Below, piece by piece: positions 40,379 to 49,587 of a stretch of DNA of 64,000 nt. The DNA is from Patescibacteria group bacterium (GTDB lineage Bacteria; Patescibacteriota; Microgenomatia; PFEM01; JAHIFH01), in NCBI GenBank assembly GCA_035529375.1, contig DATKWU010000009.1, positions 157,848 to 221,847 on the forward strand, written 5' to 3'. Made by a program: the position numbers and the translations under genes. The notes beneath the pieces are model-generated. The model made no database searches. It saw only the letters and a list, made by a program, of their open reading frames with translations, and was not told the DNA's origin. The first letter of the stretch is position 1, and every line of letters begins with the position of its first letter.

Positions 40379-40607
40379 TTTTCTCACCTCCTTTTCCAGT
40401 AATTTTACTATATTTTACCTCAAGTTAAAGAAATTTATAAGTTTTAACTCTACTCTACAAAGTTAAAATATTAAAAACCTCTCATTATCTATAATTCGGC
40501 CAGTGAATTTAGCCAGACAGTCTTTCAAGGCTTTAAATAGGCGCGGGAATTGAGAAAGGAAATTGATAGGGTTAAAAACCCTACCACAATACCCGCAATT
40601 ATCTAAT

Positions 40608-41312
40608 TCACTCGTTATAAAGCTCTTGAATTCCTAGCCAGTCTCCGGTTCCTAAGGTTTGCTTATCAATCTCTCCGTAACCGCTATATCCATACATGGT
40701 CAACGCCGTGCTTGGCGGCATGTATAAGTCACTTAATCCATTGTGCCCGAATTCATGAGTGGCAATGTTTTGCAGGTCCATTTTGCCGCTTTCACCAGCC
40801 AAACTCCAAGTGAAACCTGTACTAAATACAACATCAGATTCTACTATAATTTTTAATGCTGGATTATACCAAAATTGATTTACTGCAATAATTCCTGATC
40901 CTAGACTTCCCCATGTTACTGTATTAGTATAATCTCTGTTTTCATTAAAACTTACGCTATCATCTAACTCTGGTGTTGCAAAAAGCTCAAATGAAGTTTC
41001 AATATCCCATGTTTCTAAACTTTCGCTTAGAGTAGCTATCACTTCATTTTCATTTAAGTAGCTTCCATAGGGGTTCACTTCATAAGTCATGGTGTCGGCC
41101 CACCTTATTCCACCGGCAATGAATTTGAATTTATCTACCGTGTCATCCCAAACTGGTTTGGAATTTTTAGCAGATTTTGCGTAGTGAATAAAGGTTATTT
41201 TTTCTAAATCCGGCGGAGTGGTTTCTGGTTTTCCTGGCTGTTCTTTTGCCAATACCGGAAAAGCTAAAGCCAAAAACAGCAAACAACTAGCTCCAATTAA
41301 AAATTTCCTCAT
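40608..41312 (-). CDS. Secreted zinc metalloprotease, metzincin-like with a snapalysin-type HExxHxxGxxD site
   Basis: Signal peptide, then HEFGHNGLSDLY and a Met-turn TALTMYGY. The start is at MRKFLIG after the AAAGGGGGTGA SD. Confidence 0.6.
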   Translation of the reverse strand: MRKFLIGASCLLFLALAFPVLAKEQPGKPETTPPDLEKITFIHYAKSAKNSKPVWDDTVDKFKFIAGGIRWADTMTYEVNPYGSYLNENEVIATLSESLETWDIETSFELFATPELDDSVSFNENRDYTNTVTWGSLGSGIIAVNQFWYNPALKIIVESDVVFSTGFTWSLAGESGKMDLQNIATHEFGHNGLSDLYMPPSTALTMYGYSGYGEIDKQTLGTGDWLGIQELYNE

Positions 41313-41388
41313 ATATTTGTTCACCCCTTTCTAAACACTAAAATTGCTAAATAATCTTACGCGAAAATCGCAAAAGAATATCTATAAA

Positions 41389-41592
41389 TTAGTTCAGAGG
41401 TCCCCAAGGTCCAGCCGGGGCTTCATCCTCCATGTCAAATCGACAACGAGCCTCAGGGCCCCAAGGACCGGACCGATGTTCCGTGCAGTCGCCATCTTCA
41501 GGCTGGCTGGCCGCCATAACGCTCACGCTGAGTACCGACATGATTACTGTCATCAACAGCCCCACGGCCACAATGAAAGTTAATTTCTTCAT
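41389..41592 (-). CDS. Small secreted Cys-containing peptide precursor (67 aa) with GPWGP repeats
   Basis: MKKLTFIVAVGLLMTVIMSVLSVSVMA | ASQPEDGDCTEHRSGPWGPEARCRFDMEDEAPAGPWGPLN. It has the same AAAGGGGGTGA SD as its neighbours, and its GC content is markedly higher than the flanking DNA. Confidence 0.45.
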   Translation of the reverse strand: MKKLTFIVAVGLLMTVIMSVLSVSVMAASQPEDGDCTEHRSGPWGPEARCRFDMEDEAPAGPWGPLN

Positions 41593-41623
41593 TTTATTCA
41601 CCCCCTTTCAATTTCAAATTTTC

Positions 41624-41650
41624 AATAAAAAATCCGCATAAAAGCGGATT
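41624..41650 (-). terminator. Rho-independent terminator downstream of the 2H-phosphoesterase gene
   Basis: The minus strand reads AAUCCGC-UUUUAU-GCGGAUU followed by UUUUUAUUG. It lies only about 25 nt upstream of the peptide gene's SD. Confidence 0.5.
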
Positions 41651-41932
41651 AATAAATTTTCTTTGAATTGGGCAGGCAAGTGACTTGCCTCATTAGTCAG
41701 ACGATAACAAGTTTTTCACGAATAGTCAACCAGCGGGTCAATCGAGATGTAAATAGTAAAAATGAAGCCCATCTAGTTTTAGCCTCATAATTCCCTTACA
41801 ACTAGGGGATTTTATTAGAGGCGATTTAAGGCTAGTTTCTGCCTGAAGTTTTAAACCAAAGCTAACTTGGGTATATTAAATTCCAACTAGCTCACCCGAT
41901 GGGACGATTTTCGAACCTTTATAAAATATTAC

Positions 41933-42487
41933 TTAATAGAAAGTTATTTCTCGAAGCATACCCCATGACTTTGCGTCTGTTGCTTTTTTAAATACAAATA
42001 TTGACTCAACCTTAAAGGAAAACACATTGTTAAAATTTTTTAATTCCTTTTTAATCTTAGGAAGTGAGTTGTTTGGTATTTTCTCCGCAATAGTCATATG
42101 AGGATTAAACTTGTCAGGAGTTGGACTATATTCACTGTAAACACTTTTTGTATAACCTTCTAAGAACTTAACAGTTTTTACTAGTAAGTTAATAATATAT
42201 TTAGACGATTTAGAATCAGGTTTTACAAACGCAACATTATTTCTACCTTTAAAATAATCAATTGAATTAAGAGTAACTTCACCACATTTCGTTTTAGAAA
42301 AGTCGTTTACAAGTTTTGTAAGAAATCGTCTTTCCGTAATACCTTTTAAAAAGAATGGTGGATATACGGTAATGTGTGAGGGAATAGTGTAACTTGTGTA
42401 TTTTGCATACAATCTGCGATATTTATCCATTGTTTTAATAACTTCTTTTGGAGGGAGAATGACTATTAGGTAAGAGTAAGAGTTCAT
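41933..42487 (-). CDS. 2H phosphoesterase superfamily protein (LigT/cyclic-phosphodiesterase-like)
   Basis: Two H-x-T-x motifs (PSHITVYP and NPHMTIAE) with appropriate spacing. The gene is AT-rich and has a leaderless-type promoter. Confidence 0.5.
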   Translation of the reverse strand: MNSYSYLIVILPPKEVIKTMDKYRRLYAKYTSYTIPSHITVYPPFFLKGITERRFLTKLVNDFSKTKCGEVTLNSIDYFKGRNNVAFVKPDSKSSKYIINLLVKTVKFLEGYTKSVYSEYSPTPDKFNPHMTIAEKIPNNSLPKIKKELKNFNNVFSFKVESIFVFKKATDAKSWGMLREITFY

Positions 42488-42637
42488 ACGTGAAGTATAT
42501 CATCTGAGGCTAAAGGTCGTGGCTCGAGGATCTTAACGCTAATATAACCAGTCAATTCGTGCGTATTTTCAAGGTATTTGAGGATTCCAAGTTTATCAGT
42601 CAACTACAGGAAGAAATGAATAGAGTGATACCAGCAG

Positions 42638-43042
42638 TCAATCTTTCAAGTGGTACGATTCGTTCATCCATTCAATGATTTCATCGTCTATTTCTTGCTT
42701 GCTGCTTATATCAAAACAATTCTTATATACCATGCTGGACATTGGTACACATACTTTCAACCTTGGGCTATCAAGTTTTCTATCTAATGCAAACCTTATC
42801 TCTAACCTATCATTTTTAGGTAACGCTGCCAAAAAGTCATATTTACCAAACAAATGAACACAGCAAGGAATAGAAATTATTTTGCATTTACCAATCTTGC
42901 TGTCAATTTGTTCTACTAAAAAGTCAAACAGCTTTTTTGCTTGCTTCTTACCTACAAAATGCTTTTGCAAAGGAATCTTTTTACAACTATGAGGTTGGTT
43001 GGCGCCTCTGAAAATTCGTTTGCATTTAGGACACGTCCACAT
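42638..43042 (-). CDS. Hypothetical protein with an N-terminal C2HC zinc finger
   Basis: MWTCPKCKRIFRGANQPHSC. A TACAAT box ends 6 nt before the ATG. Confidence 0.4.
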   Translation of the reverse strand: MWTCPKCKRIFRGANQPHSCKKIPLQKHFVGKKQAKKLFDFLVEQIDSKIGKCKIISIPCCVHLFGKYDFLAALPKNDRLEIRFALDRKLDSPRLKVCVPMSSMVYKNCFDISSKQEIDDEIIEWMNESYHLKD

Positions 43043-43260
43043 GGTTCAATTGTACTAGTTTTATCAGGAAATGATAAATGGAAGGTTATATTAAAGACTA
43101 TTCGACTAATTTAATTTCATGGCTAAATTTCTTTATGCTCCCCAAACCAAAAGATATTATATCCAAGGTTTTAGGCACAATTCTTACTGCTTTTGAGGAT
43201 GTAAACCAGATGGAAGTGATTAAAGTGAGGTGGGAGGAGATAAAGAAGTTACAGCCACAA

Positions 43261-43545
43261 CTAGCGACTTCCTAGTTTTTTTATCCTCTCAGCTAATAAA
43301 CCAGTTAATGAACCTATCCCAAACCAGAAAATTCCAACAAAAAGAACATTAAAAATAAAATTGTCAGAAAATGCTCGGCAACAGGTTTCAAAAATCTCTT
43401 CAAAAATGATTGAGGGAATAACCATCCAAAATAAAATACTTATTTTACCTCCAGTAATGAGTCCGAAGAGTAACCCCAAAACTATCAAGACTGGAAAAAT
43501 CATAACTCCGGAAACTAACCAATAAGGTAAGTTTTTAAGTTTCAT
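43261..43545 (-). CDS. Small membrane protein
   Basis: 94 aa with three predicted TM helices and a leaderless-type promoter (TGATATAAT 4 nt before the ATG). Confidence 0.4.
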   Translation of the reverse strand: MKLKNLPYWLVSGVMIFPVLIVLGLLFGLITGGKISILFWMVIPSIIFEEIFETCCRAFSDNFIFNVLFVGIFWFGIGSLTGLLAERIKKLGSR

Positions 43546-43648
43546 TATTTTAATTATATCAGAAGTTCGAAGGGCAACACTTGGTATATTAAAAACGAGA
43601 CTAAATTTCTAAGCCCTCCCTTGCGGACGATGTTCTAACTAGCCTATT

Positions 43649-44050
43649 TTAGTAGATTTTTTTTCGAAGATGTGTTAAATAGGCAGAAAAAATTGTTGTT
43701 AAAAGTTGCAAGAAAGGAGAAATAACAACCATCAAGACTAACCATCCCCAAAAACTAGCAACTGGAGTAAAAAGTATTAGAGGTTCACCAAAATTAGCAA
43801 TATCTTTTGTAGAGTCTAAACAATATGGCAACATCGCTAATAACCAAATAACAGCAAGGATTAAAAAGGTAAATAACGAGGCGAAGATTGAATATCTAAA
43901 AACCTTCCGCTCATCAATAAAATTACGAGCAAGAAAATATCCCAGAGGAAAACCTAAAAGTATATTAAAAAACGGGACTCCCATGCCCATGCCTATACAA
44001 ATAATGTCAATTGCCAGATAACCTAAAATCCATTTTTTCTTTATTTTCAT
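43649..44050 (-). CDS. Small membrane protein
   Basis: 133 aa with four predicted TM helices. It has a classical SD (AAGGAGG) and a TATAAT box after the upstream terminator. Confidence 0.45.
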   Translation of the reverse strand: MKIKKKWILGYLAIDIICIGMGMGVPFFNILLGFPLGYFLARNFIDERKVFRYSIFASLFTFLILAVIWLLAMLPYCLDSTKDIANFGEPLILFTPVASFWGWLVLMVVISPFLQLLTTIFSAYLTHLRKKIY

Positions 44051-44140
44051 TTTTCCTCCTTATGCCAATATTTTACATCAATCTTATAAAAGACTAAACC
44101 ATGTCCAGGGTGGGGTGGTAGATGGAAATTATTATAACCA

Positions 44141-44183
44141 ACAAAAAAGGACGTAGTATCGGAATAATTTGATACCTGCGTCC
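44141..44183 (-). terminator. Rho-independent terminator after the 172-aa hypothetical gene
   Basis: The minus strand reads GGACGCAGGUAUC...GAUACUACGUCC followed by UUUUUUGUUGG. Confidence 0.5.
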
Positions 44184-44258
44184 AACCGAGCTCCCCCTAA
44201 AGGACCTATTCTGCAACCAAGAACTAGAATTTGATTTGAGCCTACAGGAAGTTAAAAC

Positions 44259-44777
44259 TTACTTTCTAGTCCAACTCGCTGATTGACTCATTGTTACGCT
44301 CAATCTATCTCCATATAGACACATCTCATCTATCACAACTCGATACTCCAGTGCACTTTCTATCATTGATTTAAGATAAATTGCTACAGGCAGAGTTCCA
44401 TCGCTTTCTTGTCCGAAAGCTTCTAATACTCGTATTCGTGTGTCCTTATCTGTATGGATAACTACACTTTCTTCGCTAGAAAGAACTCCTTGAGAATCAT
44501 TCTTCACTCTACCCTCTATTACCAGGCCGACCCTTTCTTTGGGGTTATCGAGGTCTGAAACTGTATATGGTGTAAGGAGGTATAAACCGTCTTGTGTAAC
44601 TTCGGCCACAAAATTAGACAGAAGAACCGGATGGTCCTCAGAGTCATCAATCTCAGCCTGCCTTTTGAATAACTCGTGTAGTTCATCCATGGTTAGAGAA
44701 TATTCACCTCTGCTTTTTTCCGCCACAACCTCTATTAAAGCAATGTGCACTGGTCTTAACTCTGGTCTCTCAGGCAT
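44259..44777 (-). CDS. Hypothetical protein
   Basis: 172 aa acidic soluble protein with higher GC than its neighbours and an extended -10 (TGATATACT) ending 8 nt before the ATG. Confidence 0.4.
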   Translation of the reverse strand: MPERPELRPVHIALIEVVAEKSRGEYSLTMDELHELFKRQAEIDDSEDHPVLLSNFVAEVTQDGLYLLTPYTVSDLDNPKERVGLVIEGRVKNDSQGVLSSEESVVIHTDKDTRIRVLEAFGQESDGTLPVAIYLKSMIESALEYRVVIDEMCLYGDRLSVTMSQSASWTRK

Positions 44778-44879
44778 GTCCGAAGTATATCAAATCTGAA
44801 GCTAAAATCCTAGCTCCCCACGGTATACAGGCTTCGAGACTGGCTAACAGACAACTTTTTAGATATTCCGGCTCTAAGA

Positions 44880-45272
44880 CTAAGCGTTGCTATCTAAGAA
44901 TTGCTTAAGCGCTTGCAGGTCTTTTTTATCGGGGTCGTAATAATATGAGGTTATACCGAGCGATTGAGCGCTTTTTGTTGCTTCTGGACTGTGTTCAAAA
45001 TAGACAACATCTTCCGGTTGGAGGCTAAAGTGTTCTAGCATTTTCCTAAAATACTCGGGGTCAGTCTTTTCCGGATTGTGCTTTAGTGTAAAAACCTCAT
45101 AGGGCATTTTGTCCAAGCCAAACTTCTTAAATTGCTTATCGTTCGCGCCGGTTAAGATTATTTTTTGATTTGGAAAGCCCTCAAGAAGATCGTGCATTTC
45201 CTTAAAAATCTTAAAGGCATCCTTACCCTTAACCACAAAAGCGCCAATTGCGTCTACTAAAATAGTTTTCAT
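44880..45272 (-). CDS. Hypothetical protein, possibly a degenerate HAD-like fold
   Basis: ILVDAIGAF (a weak DxDG-like motif I) and a VVYFEHSPEATKSAQSLGI motif III/IV-like stretch. The assignment is tentative. Confidence 0.3.
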   Translation of the reverse strand: MKTILVDAIGAFVVKGKDAFKIFKEMHDLLEGFPNQKIILTGANDKQFKKFGLDKMPYEVFTLKHNPEKTDPEYFRKMLEHFSLQPEDVVYFEHSPEATKSAQSLGITSYYYDPDKKDLQALKQFLDSNA

Positions 45273-45347
45273 AATTGAAGTATAACAAAAAGCGTTTTAG
45301 GGTTACATTCTATGCTCCGCGAACAGGACTCGAACTAATATTAAAAT

Positions 45348-45656
45348 TTACATTTTGATTTCAATATCCACTCCTGAAGGAAGTTCAAGATGCATTAAGG
45401 AGTCAATTGTTTTACTGGTTGGTTCAAGAATATCAATCAATCTTTTATGAGTGAGGATTTGGAAGTGTTCTCTGGCGTCTTTGTCAGTGTGGGGACTGGT
45501 GGTAACCGTAATCAGTTTTCGGTGGGTTGGTAGAGGCACAGGACCCACTACTTTGGCACCACTAGCTAAGGCTGTTTCTAAGATTTTTTCGCAACTCTCA
45601 TCGATGACTCGATGATCATATGCTTTTAAACGTACCCTTATTCTGCCCTTTGGCAT
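45348..45656 (-). CDS. rpsJ: 30S ribosomal protein S10
   Basis: [25 protein letters not shown] is the S10 N-terminus. The start is taken at 45656 (the ORF track extends further), directly after the tuf stop. Confidence 0.85.
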   Translation of the reverse strand: MPKGRIRVRLKAYDHRVIDESCEKILETALASGAKVVGPVPLPTHRKLITVTTSPHTDKDAREHFQILTHKRLIDILEPTSKTIDSLMHLELPSGVDIEIKM

Positions 45657-45663
45657 TCTCTCC

Positions 45664-46854
45664 TTAGGCGATAATTTTACTAATTGCTCCCGCCCCAACA
45701 GTGTGACCACCCTCACGGATAGCAAAACGGAAGCCTTCTTCCATAGCGACCGGCTGAATAAGCTTGACTGTCATCTTGGCATTATCACCAGGCATGACCA
45801 TTTCTACTCCCTTAGAGAGAGTGACTTCACCGGTTACATCTGTAGTTCGAACATAAAATTGAGGTTTGTAACCACTGAAGAAAGGGGTATGACGACCACC
45901 TTCTTCTTTGGTAAGGATATAAACTTCTGCCTCAAATTCTTGATGAGGCTTAATGGTACCAGGTTTTGCTAAAGCTTGACCTCGTTCCACGTCTTTCTTT
46001 TCGACTCCTCGAAGAAGAATACCAACGTTATCACCAGCTTCACCTTCATCAAGAGTTTTACGGAACATCTCAACACCAGTGACCGTTGTCTTTTGGGTGT
46101 CGCGAAGACCGATGATTTCGATTTCATCACCAACTTTAATTTTACCTCGTTCGATTCTTCCAGTGACAACAGTCCCTCGACCTTTAATAGAGAAAACATC
46201 CTCAAGAGGCATCAAGAAGGGTTTGTCTAAAGGCCGTTTAGGTGTCGGAATATTTTCATCAACCGCCTTCATCAGTTCAAGAACGGCTTTTTCTGCTTCA
46301 GCATCGCCCTCAAGGGCCTTAGCGGCGGAGCCTCGAATAATCGCAATTTTGTCACCAGGGAATTTATATTTAGTTAAAAGTTCCCTAATTTCCATTTCAA
46401 CCAGATCAAGCATCTCTTTGTCCTTAACCAAATCGACTTTATTTAGGAAAACGATCATGGCTGGCACATCAACCTGACGAGCCAAGAGAATATGCTCTCG
46501 AGTCTGAGGCATTGGACCATCATCGGCGGCGACAACAAGAATGGCACCATCCATTTGAGCAGCACCGGTAATCATGTTTTTAATAAAGTCTTTGTGTCCG
46601 GGACAGTCAATGTGAGCATAGTGACGCTTTTCCGTCTCATACTCAATGTGGGAAATAGAAATTGTCAAACCCCGTTCTTTTTCTTCAGGAGCGTTATCAA
46701 TCTGATCAAAGGGAATATATTTTGTCCCCGTATTTGCTTTCTCTAAAACCTTGGTAATTGCTGAGGTTAAAGTCGTCTTACCATGGTCAACGTGACCAAT
46801 GGTCCCAATATTAACGTGAGGTTTTTCTCTTTTAAATTTTGTTTTTTCAGCCAC
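45664..46854 (-). CDS. tuf: Elongation factor Tu
   Basis: [24 protein letters not shown]... is full-length EF-Tu. Confidence 0.95.
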   Translation of the reverse strand: MAEKTKFKREKPHVNIGTIGHVDHGKTTLTSAITKVLEKANTGTKYIPFDQIDNAPEEKERGLTISISHIEYETEKRHYAHIDCPGHKDFIKNMITGAAQMDGAILVVAADDGPMPQTREHILLARQVDVPAMIVFLNKVDLVKDKEMLDLVEMEIRELLTKYKFPGDKIAIIRGSAAKALEGDAEAEKAVLELMKAVDENIPTPKRPLDKPFLMPLEDVFSIKGRGTVVTGRIERGKIKVGDEIEIIGLRDTQKTTVTGVEMFRKTLDEGEAGDNVGILLRGVEKKDVERGQALAKPGTIKPHQEFEAEVYILTKEEGGRHTPFFSGYKPQFYVRTTDVTGEVTLSKGVEMVMPGDNAKMTVKLIQPVAMEEGFRFAIREGGHTVGAGAISKIIA

Positions 46855-46927
46855 TTTTTCTCCTTGATGCTATTTTAGCTAATTCTCGAGTATTTTACAA
46901 GACTGTTTTTTCTTTTGCAAGCCCTAT

Positions 46928-49054
46928 TTATTTTCCTCTGTCAGAAGCAGCTCCAGTTTTGGCGGAAACAATTTTTTCCGTAATATTAGCCGGCACTTCT
47001 TGATAATGAGAAAATTCCATATAGGGATTGGCCCTACCCTGAGTAATACTCCTCAAAGTTGTGGCATAACCTGAGACTTCAGCCAAAGGAATGAGAACCG
47101 TAATCACCCGAATATTGCCCCGTGCCTCTGTCTCCTGAATTTGAGCCCGTTTACTAGACAAATCGCCAATAACATCACCCATAAACCCATCAGGCGTAGT
47201 CACTTCTAATTTCATAATCGGTTCTAAGAGAACCAAATTGGCTTGCTTAGCCGCATCTTGAAAACCCATTGAACCAGCAATCTTAAAAGCAATATCTGAA
47301 GAGTCAACTTCATGATAACTGCCGTCATAGACAGCCACAAACACATCAGTCACCGGATAACCTGCTAAAATTCCTTTATCCATCGCCTCCTTAACGCCCT
47401 TTTCAATCGCCGGAATGTAAACAGAAGGAATGGCTGTCCCTCGAATTTCATTGGTAAACTTAAAGCCCTCGCCTCGACCTAAAGGTTCCAGTCTAAGAAA
47501 ACAATGACCATATTGACCTCGGCCACCTGATTGACGAATATATTTACCTTCGCCTCTAGCCATCCGGGTAATCGTTTCCTTATAGGCAACTTGGGGCCGT
47601 CCAGTCCTGGCTTCGACCCCAAATTCCCGCTTCATTCGGTCAACAATAATTTCCAGATGCAACTCACCCATACCAGAAATAATTGTCTGGCCAGTCTCCC
47701 GATCAGACTTGATTTGAAAAGTCGGATCTTCTTCAGAAAGACGATTAAGAGCATAACCGAGTTTCCCTTGGTCAGCCCGGGTTTTAGGTTCAATCGCAAG
47801 AGAAATGACTGGCTCAGGAAAAGTAATCGATTCTAAAACAATCGGCTTGGCTTTGTCACAGAGAGTATCACCCGTCGCCGCTTCTTTCAAACCAACAATG
47901 GCAATAATTTCCCCGGCTTCAGCCGTTTCAATTTGCTCTCGATTGTTGGCATGCATCAGTAATAAACGCCCAACTCTTTCAGACCGTTTTTTGGTACTAT
48001 TGTAAACTTCCTCACCGGCTTTTAATGTTCCCGAATAAATACGAATATAAGTTAGTCTACCCACATGGGGGTCAGATTGAATTTTAAAAGCCAGAGCTGC
48101 AAAAGAACCTTTAGGATCACATGTTCTTCTTTCTTCCTTACCCGTTTCAGGGTTAGTCCCTTTAATCGCCGGAACATCAAGCGGATTGGGTAAAAAATCG
48201 ATCACTCCATCCAAAATAGGTTGGACACCTTTATTACGCAAGGAGGCTCCGGTATAAACCGGGACAAGTTGATTAGCGATGGTTGCTTGACGAATGCCTG
48301 TTTTTAATTCTTCAAGGCTAATTTCTTCACTCCGTAAAAATTTTTCTGTGAGGTCTTCATTGGTTTCGGCCACTAACTCAACCAATTCTTCTCGATATTT
48401 TTTCGCTTGCTCAATTAGATTAGCGGGAATTTCTTTGGTTTCAAATTTCTCTCCGGTTTTATCCTTTTCTTCCCAAATCAAGGCTTTTTGATTGAGGACA
48501 TCAACCACGCCGACAAAATCTTTCTCACTACCAATCGGCATCGTAAGAACAATCGGCTTGGCCCCTAAACGATCTTTAATCATTTCCACTGTCCGTTCAA
48601 AGTTTGCTCCCAATTTATCCATCTTATTAATGAGACAGAGACGAGGAACGTGATAGCCATCAGCTTGGTGCCAAACTTTTTCTGATTGAGATTGAACGCC
48701 TTCTTCAGCATCAAAAACAACAATCCCACCGTCTAAAACTCTTAAAGAGCGTTCCACTTCAGCCGTAAAATCAATATGGCCAGGAGTATCAATGATATTA
48801 ATCCGATAGTCACGCCAAAAAGCGGTTGTCGCTGCTGACATAATCGTAATTCCCCGTTCCTTTTCCTGCTCCATCCAATCCATCTGGGTAGTACCTTCAT
48901 CGATATCGCCGATTTTATAGCTCTTGCCAGTATAATAAAGGACCCGCTCGGTCGTGGTCGTTTTACCGGCATCAATATGGGCAATAATACCAATGTTCCG
49001 AACTTTTTCAATCGGGACTTTTCTTTTAGTAACTGTTTCGTTTTTTTCGGCCAT
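46928..49054 (-). CDS. fusA: Elongation factor G
   Basis: 708 aa protein with the G-domain [12 protein letters not shown] and the EF-G domains. Confidence 0.95.
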   Translation of the reverse strand: MAEKNETVTKRKVPIEKVRNIGIIAHIDAGKTTTTERVLYYTGKSYKIGDIDEGTTQMDWMEQEKERGITIMSAATTAFWRDYRINIIDTPGHIDFTAEVERSLRVLDGGIVVFDAEEGVQSQSEKVWHQADGYHVPRLCLINKMDKLGANFERTVEMIKDRLGAKPIVLTMPIGSEKDFVGVVDVLNQKALIWEEKDKTGEKFETKEIPANLIEQAKKYREELVELVAETNEDLTEKFLRSEEISLEELKTGIRQATIANQLVPVYTGASLRNKGVQPILDGVIDFLPNPLDVPAIKGTNPETGKEERRTCDPKGSFAALAFKIQSDPHVGRLTYIRIYSGTLKAGEEVYNSTKKRSERVGRLLLMHANNREQIETAEAGEIIAIVGLKEAATGDTLCDKAKPIVLESITFPEPVISLAIEPKTRADQGKLGYALNRLSEEDPTFQIKSDRETGQTIISGMGELHLEIIVDRMKREFGVEARTGRPQVAYKETITRMARGEGKYIRQSGGRGQYGHCFLRLEPLGRGEGFKFTNEIRGTAIPSVYIPAIEKGVKEAMDKGILAGYPVTDVFVAVYDGSYHEVDSSDIAFKIAGSMGFQDAAKQANLVLLEPIMKLEVTTPDGFMGDVIGDLSSKRAQIQETEARGNIRVITVLIPLAEVSGYATTLRSITQGRANPYMEFSHYQEVPANITEKIVSAKTGAASDRGK

Positions 49055-49169
49055 CTTTCTGTCTTTATTTTATCAATTTTTAGGCAAATAAAAAACCGCC
49101 TCTGTCAAGAAGCAGGCTTGCTTCGAGCTCATTTTAACAAAATCCTATTGATTACTCAAGCGTAATGTC

Positions 49170-49526
49170 CTAATAACCTCGCTCTTTCCCTAGGCTTCTT
49201 GTTTCCTTAAGCAATTCTTGTTGAATCTCATTATCTTCCGTTTCGAAATGATGGCCGCTTGCAAAATTTCTTACTTCCATCATCCCAAATATCCCTGAAC
49301 CATCAAAAACAACAAAAATGTCATGTTGAGGTAATCTGTAATTACCTACGACCCTATTAGTTTGGTGGTGTTCAATACAAAGTTCGGCTAAATCACCTTC
49401 AGCCCTGATAACAAGTCTATTTCTCGCCCAAGCAACCATCTCACTCTTTCTAAGGGAAAGTGGGCCTTCCATTTCGTCCCAACAATCCCGACAGATTGCT
49501 TTTACTTTAGGTTTTCTAATCGACAT
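49170..49526 (-). CDS. Hypothetical protein
   Basis: 118 aa ORF with no recognised motif. It is unusually placed between rpsG and fusA. Confidence 0.4.
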   Translation of the reverse strand: MSIRKPKVKAICRDCWDEMEGPLSLRKSEMVAWARNRLVIRAEGDLAELCIEHHQTNRVVGNYRLPQHDIFVVFDGSGIFGMMEVRNFASGHHFETEDNEIQQELLKETRSLGKERGY

Positions 49527-49587
49527 AAACTAAAAAATTGCTTTTGGGCAGGCAATAAAATAAAAATAATAGAATCCTGACTTCTAC

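Noticed and set aside
41344-41641. Plus-strand ORFs 41344..41583 and 41432..41641 opposite the small peptide gene.
   Set aside because: Their openness is explained by the GC-rich composition of the peptide gene. The minus-strand ORF has a canonical signal peptide and the shared strong SD, whereas the plus-strand ORFs have no RBS or signal features.
45303-45326. The minus strand reads AGTTCGAGTCCTGTTCGCGGAGCA directly downstream of rpsJ. This looks like the T-loop and acceptor 3' end of a tRNA, so it could be an integrase att-site remnant marking the island boundary.
   Set aside because: No D-arm, anticodon arm or complementary 5' acceptor strand precedes it. The same region aligns with the recurring ACAGG-CTCGA-ACTAA upstream motif found before four other leaderless genes. 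No second copy in direct orientation was found at the other end of the island, and no integrase is present. I therefore treat it as part of the repeated promoter/operator element.
45703-46746. Several plus-strand ORFs (45703..45972, 45976..46230, 46079..46477, 46492..46746) and the minus ORF 45969..46205.
   Set aside because: All lie inside the strongly supported tuf gene, so they are antisense or alternate-frame artefacts.
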